In this document: positions 14,428-24,072 of the stretch, piece by piece
How positions within the stretch are numbered: the first letter of the stretch is position 1
How the letters are laid out: each line of letters starts with the position of its first letter
Assembly: GCA_964481355.1 (NCBI GenBank)
Contig: CAYZWQ010000005.1
Coordinates: 1 to 35,945, forward strand
DNA from: an uncultured Chitinophagales bacterium
Lineage (GTDB): Bacteria; Bacteroidota; Rhodothermia; Balneolales; CAYWCV01
Direction of reading: 5' to 3'
DNA length: 35,945 nt
Program-made: the position numbers and the translations under genes
The notes under the pieces: model-generated
Seen by the model: the letters and a program-made list of their open reading frames with translations, nothing else
Databases searched by the model: none
Told to the model about the DNA's origin: nothing

Positions 14428-17115
14428 ATGGCATCATTTAGCATACAGTGCAATTCACGACCATTTTTGGGGCGAATCATTTCGGGGTGTTGCATGGTGT
14501 TGCTGGCCCTGGTGGTCACCTCGTCCGCATGGGCTCAAACCACGGGCAAAATTGCCGGCAAGATCACCGATGCACAGGGGTTGCCATTGCCTGGAGCCAA
14601 CGTCATTATCGAGGGCACCACGCGTGGCGGCTCGTCGGACGTGAAGGGCGACTACTTTATCCTGAACGTTTCGCCGGGCAGCTACACGCTGATCTTTTCG
14701 ATCATCGGCTATGAGACGGTGCGGGTGACGGACGTACGGGTTCAGGTCGACCGTACAACCACCATCGACATGGTCATGAAGGAGGCGAACCTCATGTTCG
14801 ACGAGGTCGTGGTGTCGGCCGAGGCCAGCATGATCACACGCGATCAAACATCGGCCTCTGCAAAGATCACTGGAGACGAGCTTAGGGTCTTGCCGACCGA
14901 CAGCTTCCTCAAGACGGTGACCCTGCAGGCGGGTGTCAACCGTGGTGCTGGCGGAACGATACACATACGTGGGGGCAGGTCGACCGAGATCAAATACTAC
15001 GTGGATGGTGTCGCCGTCACCAACCCGTTCAGCAACGGTCTTGCCGTGCCGGTCCAGAACGAGTCGATCCAAGAAATTGAAGTCATCAGCGGCACGTTCA
15101 ACGCAGAATATGGGCAGGCAAACAGCGGCATCATCAACATCGTGACCAAAGACGGCGGCGACAAACTGGCGGCCACGTTCAATGGCAGCGTCGGTGGATA
15201 CCTTACTGGCCGCAACGACATCTTCTACGACATCGAGAATGCGAAGCCGTATGGCCAGCAGGTGTACGAGAGCACGCTCTCCGGACCCATTGTGAAGGAG
15301 AAGCTGACGTTCTTCACCAATTTCAGGTACACCGACTCGGATGGATGGCTTTTCGGGCGGCGCATCTTCACGCCCTCCGACAGTTCGGTATTCTCGTCCA
15401 ACGATCCAAGTTCATGGATCATCAGGTCGTCGGGCGATTCGTCCGTCGTGCCCATGAACGTTTCCACCAGCAACTCCGCATTGGCGAAGTTGACTTGGAA
15501 ACTCTCGAACAACGTAAAGTTGGGCTACTCTGCCACCAGGTCGTACGGTAAGGCACAGGGTTACAGCCACCTCTACCGTTACAACCCCGATTATCGTCCT
15601 ACCTCTCGCAGTGAGTCGTACAACCACCTGTTGACGCTCAACCATGTCTTGAACAACCGCACCTTTTACAACCTCAGGCTAACGGCTTATACGACCAATG
15701 CCCGTCAGTATGTGTACGAAGATCCGTTCGATGAGCGGTATCGGTTCATTGAGGGACGCAACCAGCAGCCGAGCGACGTGTTCAACACAGGTGGCGTGAA
15801 CAACTTCCATTTCCGTCGTAAAAGCACCACATGGGCTGCGAGATTCGACATTTCAAGGCAGATGAACACGTACCACCTGGTAAAAACCGGCGTAGAATTC
15901 AGGTACAACGACTTATTTCAAAGGGAATTTTTCATCCAAGCCAGACGGCAGACGGGGCTGACCCGCGAGATCCCACCGATTGAGTCAAGGTTTCACAACA
16001 CCTTCACGAAGAAGCCGTACGAATTTGCCGCCTTCCTGCAGGACAAAATCGAGGTCCGCGACCTCATCATCAATGTGGGCGTGCGCTTCGATTATTTCAA
16101 TGCAAACAGCGACGTTCCCACCGATCTGCGCGACCCTGGCAACACACGGGGCGCACCGTATGACGAGGCCTATAAACCCGCCTCTGCTAAATATCAGCTC
16201 AGTCCCCGCATAGGCTTTGCGTTCCCGATTTCGGCGTCGGGGGTGATCCATGCTTCCTATGGTCAATTTTTCCAGATACCGGAATTCAGCCGTCTGTATG
16301 AAAACCCTGAATTCGAGGTTACGGCCAGCAACTTCAGCCAGTACATCGGCAACGCCGATTTGGAGGCGCAACGGTCAACCACCTATGAGATCGGCCTTCA
16401 GCAGGAGTTGGGGATGTACACGGCCATTGACCTTACGGCCTACTACCGAGACATACGGAATCTGCTGGGCACCGGCCTGTATGCCTCGCGAACAGGTGGC
16501 GACAGTTGGGGGCGCTATGAAAACGCTGATTTTGGAAGCGTACGTGGCATAAGCTTGGCTTGGAGCATACGTACAGATGTGGGGGTGCGCGGCAGCATCA
16601 ACTACACCTATCAGTCTGCCAGAGGTAACGGAAGCGATCCGAAGCAGGCCTTCTTCGATGCCCAGTCGAACAACGAGGCGGCCAGGATACTTATCCCTCT
16701 CGCGTGGGACCAAAGGCACAACGTGGGCGGAAGCGTCACATACCAAAAAGGACTGTTTAACGCGGGATTGATCGGAAGCTACGGAACGGGATACCCATTC
16801 ACACCAAGCGACCTGCAGCGGCAGCCACTCGCCGAACTGAGGAACGAGGCACGCTTTGAGCCGGAATTTGTCGTTGACCTCCGTCTTTCCCGGAACTTCA
16901 AGCTGAACGGCATCACCGGTCAGGTGTACATGTTCGGTGAAAACATCCTCGACTTCTACCGCCAGGACCGTCGGCCTCGCCTGTTCATACGCGACATCGA
17001 GGCCCACAACCTGAGCGGCAAGAACATCATCAACAGCCTTGAAGAGTATCGCAGCAATCCGGCCGTACACCCGAGTCCCCGACTCGTCCGTCTAGGTTTC
17101 CAGATTTTGATTTGA
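14428..17115 (+). CDS. TonB-dependent outer-membrane receptor with an N-terminal CarboxypepD_reg-like domain (non-SusC context)
   Basis: The signal peptide is ...LALVVTSSAWAQ. The CarboxypepD_reg block is GKIAGKITDAQGLPLPGANVIIEGTTRGGSSDVKGDYFILNVSPGSYTLIFSIIGYE. DEVVVSA is TonB-box-like. A plug and a long beta-barrel follow. The tracked ORF opens at GTG 14374, and the ATG at 14428 is preferred. Confidence 0.9.
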   Translation: MASFSIQCNSRPFLGRIISGCCMVLLALVVTSSAWAQTTGKIAGKITDAQGLPLPGANVIIEGTTRGGSSDVKGDYFILNVSPGSYTLIFSIIGYETVRVTDVRVQVDRTTTIDMVMKEANLMFDEVVVSAEASMITRDQTSASAKITGDELRVLPTDSFLKTVTLQAGVNRGAGGTIHIRGGRSTEIKYYVDGVAVTNPFSNGLAVPVQNESIQEIEVISGTFNAEYGQANSGIINIVTKDGGDKLAATFNGSVGGYLTGRNDIFYDIENAKPYGQQVYESTLSGPIVKEKLTFFTNFRYTDSDGWLFGRRIFTPSDSSVFSSNDPSSWIIRSSGDSSVVPMNVSTSNSALAKLTWKLSNNVKLGYSATRSYGKAQGYSHLYRYNPDYRPTSRSESYNHLLTLNHVLNNRTFYNLRLTAYTTNARQYVYEDPFDERYRFIEGRNQQPSDVFNTGGVNNFHFRRKSTTWAARFDISRQMNTYHLVKTGVEFRYNDLFQREFFIQARRQTGLTREIPPIESRFHNTFTKKPYEFAAFLQDKIEVRDLIINVGVRFDYFNANSDVPTDLRDPGNTRGAPYDEAYKPASAKYQLSPRIGFAFPISASGVIHASYGQFFQIPEFSRLYENPEFEVTASNFSQYIGNADLEAQRSTTYEIGLQQELGMYTAIDLTAYYRDIRNLLGTGLYASRTGGDSWGRYENADFGSVRGISLAWSIRTDVGVRGSINYTYQSARGNGSDPKQAFFDAQSNNEAARILIPLAWDQRHNVGGSVTYQKGLFNAGLIGSYGTGYPFTPSDLQRQPLAELRNEARFEPEFVVDLRLSRNFKLNGITGQVYMFGENILDFYRQDRRPRLFIRDIEAHNLSGKNIINSLEEYRSNPAVHPSPRLVRLGFQILI

Positions 17116-17122
17116 TTTCAGC

Positions 17123-20100
17123 ATGGCAAACAGACCATTTACATTTATCACCCGCCTTGTTGCAGTTTCCGTAGTCTGTGTGATTGCTGCGGCAGGTCAG
17201 ACGCTGGCTCAAAACAACGATTCCGGTGTCTTCATCGATCCAGAACGTGGAACCAGGTCGTGGAGGACCAGTTTCAACACCAACGGAAACCAAGTCGAGT
17301 CGATCGTCACGAACTGGGGCACGGTGGGTCGGGGTAATTTCAGCATCAACCAGGCCGGCGTGTGGCCCAAGGGTACGGGTCACGGGCACTTGCATGAGAT
17401 GACCGGGCTTGTAGCCACGCGGGTGGTCGACCGGGACGGGAAAACCATCGAAATGGTGAGCGATGGTTACGGAGACAGTGCCCAACAGGATATTGACCCT
17501 GTGACCAATGTGGAGTGGAAGTTTCAGCCGCTGCCGGAGTATCTGAACAGGAATGTGGAGAATCCGGAAATCGCCAACTCACTCAACCAAGAGTCGTGGC
17601 CACGCAGATGGCCTGACCGGCCTTCTCAATGGGACGGCCAATGGAACGGATATTTTGGGCTCAATCAGTTCAATGCTGACCAGGAGCTTTTCTATGTGAT
17701 GGACGATCTGTCGAACCGGGAGTACAAGTTTGGTCCCTTGGCCAACGATCCTCAGGCTGGCGGTTTGGGTCTTCAGATTCGGGTGAGGATCTTCCAGTGG
17801 AGCCAAGCGCTTGCGAAGGATATTTTGTTCATGCAGTACGAAGTCTCCAACATCGGCGATATCGTCTACAACAATACAAACGCAAACAACCCGATCTATT
17901 TCGGAGGGTACACCGATGTGAACCCAGCCGGATCGGGTTCTACAGACGATGCCGCCGATTTTGAACTATCGCAGGATATCGTGTTTGGTTGGGCGTTATC
18001 CGGTGTCGGCACCTGGGGGCAGTTCAGGGACATTCCACCCGGCTATATCGGATGGAAGTTTCTTGAAAGTCCCGGCATATCCGACGACTTCATCGACAAC
18101 GACAATGACGGCATCATCGACGAAAGCCGTGACAATCCTGCCGGGCAATTGATTTTTGGCCCGGTCGGACGGTATGGTGATCCCAAGGAACACTGGTCGG
18201 GCGATGAGGACGGCGACTGGAATGCCTTGATCGACGATGTCGGAACTGACGGTATTGGACCCGGTTTCGAGGGCTATCCAGGCCCAGATCCCGATGGCAC
18301 CGAGGGAAATGGTAGTCCCGATCAGGGCGAGCCCAACTTTGGGCGTCTTGACAACGACGAGTCGGACCAGGTGGGGCTGACCTCTTTCAATGCGCCCCTG
18401 TTCGGATCGGTCAGCATTCACAACGAGGCTGCCATGTGGCCGAAGATGCAACCGGGCTTCTTTGACATCCCGGCCCAGGGGGTCAACCAGATCTGGATAT
18501 TTGCATCGGGTCCGTTTCGACTCCGACCGGACCGAACGGAACGTTTTTCCACGTGTTTCGTCTTTGGGGCCAACCGGCAGGCGCTGTTTCGCTCTGCCCA
18601 GGTGGCTCAACGAATTTACGATTCCGACTACCGCTTTGCACGTCCACCTCGTCAGCCGAAACTGAAAGCCATCGCCGGCGATGGTAAGGTCACCCTCATA
18701 TGGGATAATTTGGCAGAGTTCTCCCGGGATCCGATCTATGGTTTCGATTTTGAGGGCTACCGCATCATCAAATCGACAGATCCCCAGTTCAACGATGCCC
18801 AAGACATCACCGACTCGTTCGGAAACTCGGTCTATAAGAGGTCAATTGCACAGTTCGACAAGGTAAACGGCCTCAAAGGGTATCATGAGCTGCAATTTGG
18901 CGAGGAAATCGGACTACCGAACGGTGTGCACTATTTCATGGGAGACGACACGGGGTTACAGCATTCGTACATCGACACCGACGTCATCAACGGAAGGGTC
19001 TACTACTACGCCGTACTTTCGTACGATGCAGGCTATGTAGATTCCTATTTTGACCTGGGCATTTCTGATTCCCCCCTTCTTTTCCCGATCTCGCCGTCAG
19101 AATCGCCCGGCAGCATTACGGTCACTCAAGGGGTTGTGACCCGCTACGACGTGAACACGGTGTCGGCGCGACCCAACACACAGCCTGCCGACGAAATTTT
19201 GGGGGTGTTGGCCGTGGATGCTCAAAATCGGGTGCCAAGGTCGAAAGGCGATGCCACCTCGGTGCTTCAGGCGTTTCCAATCAACGAAAGGGCGTTCCTC
19301 GAAACGGAGTACACGGTGACCTTCGAGCAGGAGCCGGTGGCCACCAGCGTGGAATACGGCACAAAGACGTACACGGTTACTGACAAAGCCGGTCGGGCTG
19401 TCGTGAATAAAGCACCGGTTCCCAAAAATCCAGACGGAACCTATGTGACCAATTGGACGGAAGAAATTTTTGACGAGGGATTCTTGCTGGTGTTCGACAA
19501 CACATTTCCGACACAGACCTACACACAGCAGAATTCAAGATTTTCACCTGAAAGCAAGACGAACCTGAGATCCGCTGTCCAAGCACCGCTGCCAACCACG
19601 TTGATTCCCACGCCGCCGCTTTGGCCCATCAATGTAGTCATCGATTTCGGAGGGGAGGGGGCCGTGCTCGACACTGCCTTCATCAATAACACCGGCCTTT
19701 TCACGCGTCCAGTTAATTTCAGGCTCTATGAAGAGGGCACCAACGCGAACATCAACTTCATATTAAACGAGCTTCAGCAGTCGACGAATGGACGCATCGA
19801 CATCGGGGAGAGCATCGATCTCGTTTTCAGGAACCGTCCAAACGATTTCCGCTATACGCTGAGTTGGAAAATTACCTTCAATCCTCCAATAGATGCAAAC
19901 GGCAATGAGCTCCCGGTCGCCCAAGCCGTGTTGCCGCAAGCCGGAGACCGGTTTGTGCTTCGAACCCAGAAGCCGTTTGGCGAGCGCGACGAGTATGTGC
20001 TCCGCGTCACAGCGACCAAAATTGATGAAGATGCCGACGAGTCGCTGCTCGACGAGATTACGGTGGTTCCCAACCCATACATCGCGGCAACCGTTACCGA

Positions 20101-20347
20101 GTCCCGCCCATTTTTGTCGGGAAGAGGTGAACGTAGGATTGAAATCCGCAAACTTCCGGCAACCTGCCGGGTCCGCATCTTCTCGGCCAGCGGGGTCTTC
20201 CTTAGGGAGTTGGAACCTTCGAACGGAGTGGCTGTCTGGGACTTGAAAACCAAGGAAGGCCTCGAGGTTTCCTTTGGTCTCTACTTCTTCCATGTCGATG
20301 CGCCAGGCATCGGTGAGAAGATTGGGAAATTCGCCATTATCAACTGA
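17123..20347 (+). CDS. Large secreted hypothetical protein (1074 aa) with an acidic DxDxDG Ca-binding cluster, an Fn3-like segment and a T9SS-CTD-like / FlgD-Ig-like tail
   Basis: The signal peptide is VVCVIAAAGQTLAQ. The acidic region reads DDFIDNDNDGIIDESRDNP...GDEDGDWNALIDDVGTDG...DPDGTEGNGSPDQGEPNFGRLDNDESDQ. The Fn3-like segment reads KVTLIWDN...GYRIIKS...YYYAVLSYD. The C-terminal 96 aa (20057-20344) read VVPNPY...CRVRIFSASGVFLRELE...WDLKTKEGLEVSFGLYFFHVDA...GKFAIIN. Confidence 0.8.
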   Translation: MANRPFTFITRLVAVSVVCVIAAAGQTLAQNNDSGVFIDPERGTRSWRTSFNTNGNQVESIVTNWGTVGRGNFSINQAGVWPKGTGHGHLHEMTGLVATRVVDRDGKTIEMVSDGYGDSAQQDIDPVTNVEWKFQPLPEYLNRNVENPEIANSLNQESWPRRWPDRPSQWDGQWNGYFGLNQFNADQELFYVMDDLSNREYKFGPLANDPQAGGLGLQIRVRIFQWSQALAKDILFMQYEVSNIGDIVYNNTNANNPIYFGGYTDVNPAGSGSTDDAADFELSQDIVFGWALSGVGTWGQFRDIPPGYIGWKFLESPGISDDFIDNDNDGIIDESRDNPAGQLIFGPVGRYGDPKEHWSGDEDGDWNALIDDVGTDGIGPGFEGYPGPDPDGTEGNGSPDQGEPNFGRLDNDESDQVGLTSFNAPLFGSVSIHNEAAMWPKMQPGFFDIPAQGVNQIWIFASGPFRLRPDRTERFSTCFVFGANRQALFRSAQVAQRIYDSDYRFARPPRQPKLKAIAGDGKVTLIWDNLAEFSRDPIYGFDFEGYRIIKSTDPQFNDAQDITDSFGNSVYKRSIAQFDKVNGLKGYHELQFGEEIGLPNGVHYFMGDDTGLQHSYIDTDVINGRVYYYAVLSYDAGYVDSYFDLGISDSPLLFPISPSESPGSITVTQGVVTRYDVNTVSARPNTQPADEILGVLAVDAQNRVPRSKGDATSVLQAFPINERAFLETEYTVTFEQEPVATSVEYGTKTYTVTDKAGRAVVNKAPVPKNPDGTYVTNWTEEIFDEGFLLVFDNTFPTQTYTQQNSRFSPESKTNLRSAVQAPLPTTLIPTPPLWPINVVIDFGGEGAVLDTAFINNTGLFTRPVNFRLYEEGTNANINFILNELQQSTNGRIDIGESIDLVFRNRPNDFRYTLSWKITFNPPIDANGNELPVAQAVLPQAGDRFVLRTQKPFGERDEYVLRVTATKIDEDADESLLDEITVVPNPYIAATVTESRPFLSGRGERRIEIRKLPATCRVRIFSASGVFLRELEPSNGVAVWDLKTKEGLEVSFGLYFFHVDAPGIGEKIGKFAIIN

Positions 20348-21375
20348 TGCACACGGGAACAGCGATTATGAAACAGCATCTGATAATAGCCCTCATCGTT
20401 GGATTGATCATCGCCACACCGGCGTTTGCACAAAAGAAGGTCGGTACCACTGCCGTCTCATTTCTGGAGATCGCTGTCGGTGCAAGGGGCATGGCCATGG
20501 GTGAGGCGCATGTCGCCGCAAGCAACGATGTGACCTCCTTGTATTGGAATCCGGCAGGGGTGACGCAGATAGGCGGAAGCCAGGCGTCCTTCCAGTACAC
20601 CGATTGGATCATCGACACCAGGCTGAACTATGCCGCCGCCATATTCCAGGTTCGTCCCAACATGTACATCGGCGCCCATTTCAACTCCTTCGACTCGGGT
20701 ACCATGAACGTCACCGACGTGCTCTTTCCGGACGGAACGGGCGAGGTGTTTCGAGTGCAGGATGTCTCCTTGGGCTTGAGTTATGCCCAACAGCTCACCG
20801 AGTTTTTCTCGATGGGTGGAAATGTGAAGTTCATTCAATCGACCATCTGGAGGATGAAGGCGTCAGCCATGGCCGTCGATATGGGTTTTCAGTACCAAAC
20901 ACCGTTCAAGAACATGAATTTAGGCTTCAGTATCTCCAATTTCGGATCCGAGATGAAGCTTCAGGGCGACAACACCGCAATACGCGTCGACCTTGACCCC
21001 CGTGCGAGCGGCAACAACGACGGTATTTTGGGGAACCTATCGCTGCGGTCGTGGGATTTGCCACTCATCTTCCGCATTGGTCTTGGCTACAAAATCATCG
21101 ACAGGCCCAATCAGTCACTTCTCGTCACATCCGACGCCGTATACCCAAACAACAACAACCCCTACATCAACTCCGGACTCGAGTACGGATACCGTAACAC
21201 GTTCTTCCTAAGGGGGGGATATGCAAATGCCTTTTTATCTGGAACGGAGGGCCTTGGGCACATTCGCCTTGGTTTTGGGGTGAAGTTGGCCGACCGTATT
21301 GCAGCCGACTATGCATACAGCGACCGTGGTATTCTTGGTGGCATAAGTACATTGGGTGCAACCGTAAAATTTTGA
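20347..21375 (+). CDS. PorV/PorQ-family outer-membrane beta-barrel protein
   Basis: VGTTAVSFLEIAVGARGMAMGEAHVAASNDVTSLYWNPAGV matches the PorV/LptO N-terminal signature (FL.I....R..GMG.A.VA...D....YWNPA). Alternating beta-strand patterns run to the C-terminus, which ends in F. The ATG overlaps the upstream stop by 1 nt. An alternative ATG at 20368 gives MKQHLIIALIV...AFAQ. Confidence 0.8.
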   Translation: MHTGTAIMKQHLIIALIVGLIIATPAFAQKKVGTTAVSFLEIAVGARGMAMGEAHVAASNDVTSLYWNPAGVTQIGGSQASFQYTDWIIDTRLNYAAAIFQVRPNMYIGAHFNSFDSGTMNVTDVLFPDGTGEVFRVQDVSLGLSYAQQLTEFFSMGGNVKFIQSTIWRMKASAMAVDMGFQYQTPFKNMNLGFSISNFGSEMKLQGDNTAIRVDLDPRASGNNDGILGNLSLRSWDLPLIFRIGLGYKIIDRPNQSLLVTSDAVYPNNNNPYINSGLEYGYRNTFFLRGGYANAFLSGTEGLGHIRLGFGVKLADRIAADYAYSDRGILGGISTLGATVKF

Positions 21376-21379
21376 CAAC

Positions 21380-22498
21380 ATGATTGATCTCACCGACACA
21401 TCGGAGAAATTATATGAACAGGTCGCAAATGACCTGAAGGTGCGCATCAAAAAGATGGAATTTGGGCCACATGGACGCATACCGAACTTTTTGAGCTTGG
21501 CACGCGACTATCAGGTGAGTATGTCGACCATCAAGAAGGCCATGCAAATCCTCAACGATGAACACGTAGTCATCAGCCGTGTCGGAAAAGGTACATTCGC
21601 TAGTTCGAATGCCGGCAGACAACGAGGACCATTGTCCACATCGATCGACATGACCTCCACCAAGATAGGACTGCTTATCCGAGATGTTGAGGGCCCCTAT
21701 TTTTCCGGGATTTATAAGGGGTTGGCAGAGGCGGCCGACAGGAAAAAGCGACAACTGCTGCTTACGGTGTCGCGCGACATCTACCAGCAGGAAGACGCCC
21801 TTCTTCGTTTGATGGTCGATCATAACGCCGCAGGCTTGTTGGTCACTACCCGCAGGAAATCATTGTTTGGGATTTCGATCTACGACAAGCTGGTCGAAGC
21901 GAAATACCCGATGGTGTTCATGCACGAAGTGTACGACTCGCCGGCAATGATCGTCGATGTCGACAATTACCGGGGCGGTTGGCTCGTGGGCGAGCACCTG
22001 GTACGCCGCGGCACTCACCGGTTTGCGATCGTTGTGGGCGAAATTGGTTTCAAGACCGATGATTTGCGGCTTCAGGGATTCATGGACGCTCTGCAAGATG
22101 CCGGTGTAAACACCTCGTCGGATGTCTTTGTGTTTCGGTTCAGTTTCGGCAGCGAGGCAACCGCCTTCGATGAAGGTTACAAGATTGGACAGAGCATCTG
22201 TTTTAAAGACATAGGTATTGATGGTGTCTTTCTGTTCAACGACATGGTGGCTATGGGCTTTCAGAAGGCCATCTTGGAGCGGGGCTATCGGATACCCCAA
22301 GACATTGCATGCGTCGGCTTCGACAATATCGAGCGATGCTCGGAAGCCCGGGTTCCACTGACAACCGTCAACGTGCCACGCCAAGAATTGGGTGAGCTCG
22401 CCATCAACAAAATATTGGAGGCCGTGGAGCAGCGCGACAACAAACCCGGAGAGCGCTTTTTGATTCAACCAGAACTTGTTATACGAGATTCAGCATGA
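21380..22498 (+). CDS. Transcriptional regulator with AraR-type architecture (GntR-family wHTH N-domain plus LacI/PBP1-type sugar-binding C-domain)
   Basis: The N-terminus LYEQVANDLKVRIKKMEFGPHGRIPNFLSLARDYQVSMSTIKKAMQILNDEHVVISRVGKGTFA is GntR-type. The C-terminal 270 aa follow a LacI-family effector-domain pattern (KIGLLIRDVEGPYFSGIYKG..., VGFDNIERCSEARVPLTTV). Confidence 0.85.
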   Translation: MIDLTDTSEKLYEQVANDLKVRIKKMEFGPHGRIPNFLSLARDYQVSMSTIKKAMQILNDEHVVISRVGKGTFASSNAGRQRGPLSTSIDMTSTKIGLLIRDVEGPYFSGIYKGLAEAADRKKRQLLLTVSRDIYQQEDALLRLMVDHNAAGLLVTTRRKSLFGISIYDKLVEAKYPMVFMHEVYDSPAMIVDVDNYRGGWLVGEHLVRRGTHRFAIVVGEIGFKTDDLRLQGFMDALQDAGVNTSSDVFVFRFSFGSEATAFDEGYKIGQSICFKDIGIDGVFLFNDMVAMGFQKAILERGYRIPQDIACVGFDNIERCSEARVPLTTVNVPRQELGELAINKILEAVEQRDNKPGERFLIQPELVIRDSA

Positions 22499-24072
22499 AG
22501 AAGTTCATCGCAGCCATCATCATTCCGTTTGTGCTTATAACGGCTTGCTCAAAACCGGATGTACCAACCTCATCGGCTGTGATCGGCGACGAAGTTCGAG
22601 GTGTTTGGATCACAAATATCGACAGCGATGTCATGTTCAGCAAGAAAGCAACGGCCGAGGCAATCGATTACTTGGCCGACAGAGGCTTCAACGTTGTTTT
22701 TCCGGTAGTCTGGAATGACGGATACACGCTGTATCCAAGCCAGGTGATGGAACAGTATTTTGGTGAAGCTTACAAGATCGACACGCTGTTCCTGGCACAG
22801 GGCCGAGACCCGCTGGCAGAACTGATCGTTGAGGCACACCGTCGTGGACTCGAGGTTATCCCCTGGTTCGAGTTTGGTTTCTCAACCTCCATCAACCAAA
22901 AGGGTGGGCACATTCTGAGCAGATATCCGCAATGGGCTGCGCGTGCCGCCGACGGATCACTGCTGACGAAGAACGGATTCGAGTGGATGAACGCCTTCGA
23001 TCCAGAAGTGCAGTCGTTCATCACCGAGTTGGTGATGGAGGTGCCCAAGCGCTATGATGTCGATGGGATACAGGGTGACGACCGCCTCCCCTCGTTGCCT
23101 GCCGAGGGTGGCTACGACCCACTCACAAAGAGCATGTACAAGGCCGAGACGGGCAACGATGTGCCTGATAATCCACTCGAGCCGCAGTTTTTGCAGTGGA
23201 AGGCCGACAAGCTGAGCGCCTATGGTAAGTACCTCTTCGACACGGTGAAAGCATACGATCCCGAACTGATCGTGTCGTATTCTCCGATCATCTACCCGTG
23301 GGGACTCAACAATTATCTCCAAGATTGGCCGGCATGGATCAAAGGCGGTTTCGTCGATCTTTTGGTTCCGCAGGCATACCGTTACGACACCACCCAGTAC
23401 AAGGAGACGGTGGACGAGATCATGACGTATGCCAACCAGCCCGAGGCAAAACCCTACACGTTGGCCATGGGCATATTGACCAAGTCAGGACCCCGGTATA
23501 ACGGACCACAGTATGTAAAGACGGCCATTAACTACAATCGGTCGAAAGGAGCAAAGGGGGAAGTCTATTTCTTCTACGAGGGCATGAATCATAACAATGA
23601 ACACCTCGCCGACACCCTGCACAATACGTTCTATGCCGGTCCTGCAACGCTTCCCTACCGCAATGGAACCGTGAGGCGGAAGCCCGCCCACATCATGCAC
23701 GAAGAAGAGGCTGAGCCCACGGGTGATTGGACGACTGTTGCTTCCGAGCAAGCTTTCGACGGCAAATTTCTTGAAGGCACCGGGTCGGTACAATACACCT
23801 TCAAAGAGCCCGAATCAGCCCGTTATGAGGTCTACATCCATATACCGTACGGTTATTCGCTGGAGGCAGTCCCTGAGGTCGAGATCAAATTCGGTAACCA
23901 TACCGACGGAGAGTTTTTCAATCGCGAGCTGTCGGGATCAATGGAAGGTTGGGTGTTGGCCGGCGAGGTGATCGCATCGAAGGGTGACTGGGTGCATGTC
24001 GTCGTATCCTCGAACGCACAGATTGCCGTCGACGGAGTGATGTTCCTGAACAAACTGAACAAAAAGAATTGA
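22495..24072 (+). CDS. GHL10 (glycosyl hydrolase-like 10 / YngK, PF02638-type) lipoprotein with a C-terminal beta-sandwich
   Basis: The lipobox is VLITAC. The GHL10-like core reads VRGVWITNIDSDVMFSKKATAEAIDYLADRGFNVVFPVVWNDGYTLYPS...EVIPWFEFGFS...DGIQGDDRLP. The tail of about 120 aa resembles golvesin/Xly-type carbohydrate-binding domains. The start overlaps the regulator stop (ATGA). Confidence 0.8.
   Translation: MKKFIAAIIIPFVLITACSKPDVPTSSAVIGDEVRGVWITNIDSDVMFSKKATAEAIDYLADRGFNVVFPVVWNDGYTLYPSQVMEQYFGEAYKIDTLFLAQGRDPLAELIVEAHRRGLEVIPWFEFGFSTSINQKGGHILSRYPQWAARAADGSLLTKNGFEWMNAFDPEVQSFITELVMEVPKRYDVDGIQGDDRLPSLPAEGGYDPLTKSMYKAETGNDVPDNPLEPQFLQWKADKLSAYGKYLFDTVKAYDPELIVSYSPIIYPWGLNNYLQDWPAWIKGGFVDLLVPQAYRYDTTQYKETVDEIMTYANQPEAKPYTLAMGILTKSGPRYNGPQYVKTAINYNRSKGAKGEVYFFYEGMNHNNEHLADTLHNTFYAGPATLPYRNGTVRRKPAHIMHEEEAEPTGDWTTVASEQAFDGKFLEGTGSVQYTFKEPESARYEVYIHIPYGYSLEAVPEVEIKFGNHTDGEFFNRELSGSMEGWVLAGEVIASKGDWVHVVVSSNAQIAVDGVMFLNKLNKKN

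Noticed and set aside
17123-20347. Interpreting the 1074-aa protein as a divergent SusD/RagB lipoprotein
   Set aside because: It has no lipobox cysteine after the signal peptide and no TPR-like helical pattern. It is twice the SusD size, and its features (acidic Ca-binding loops, Fn3-like segment, CTD-like tail) point to a beta-rich surface protein instead.
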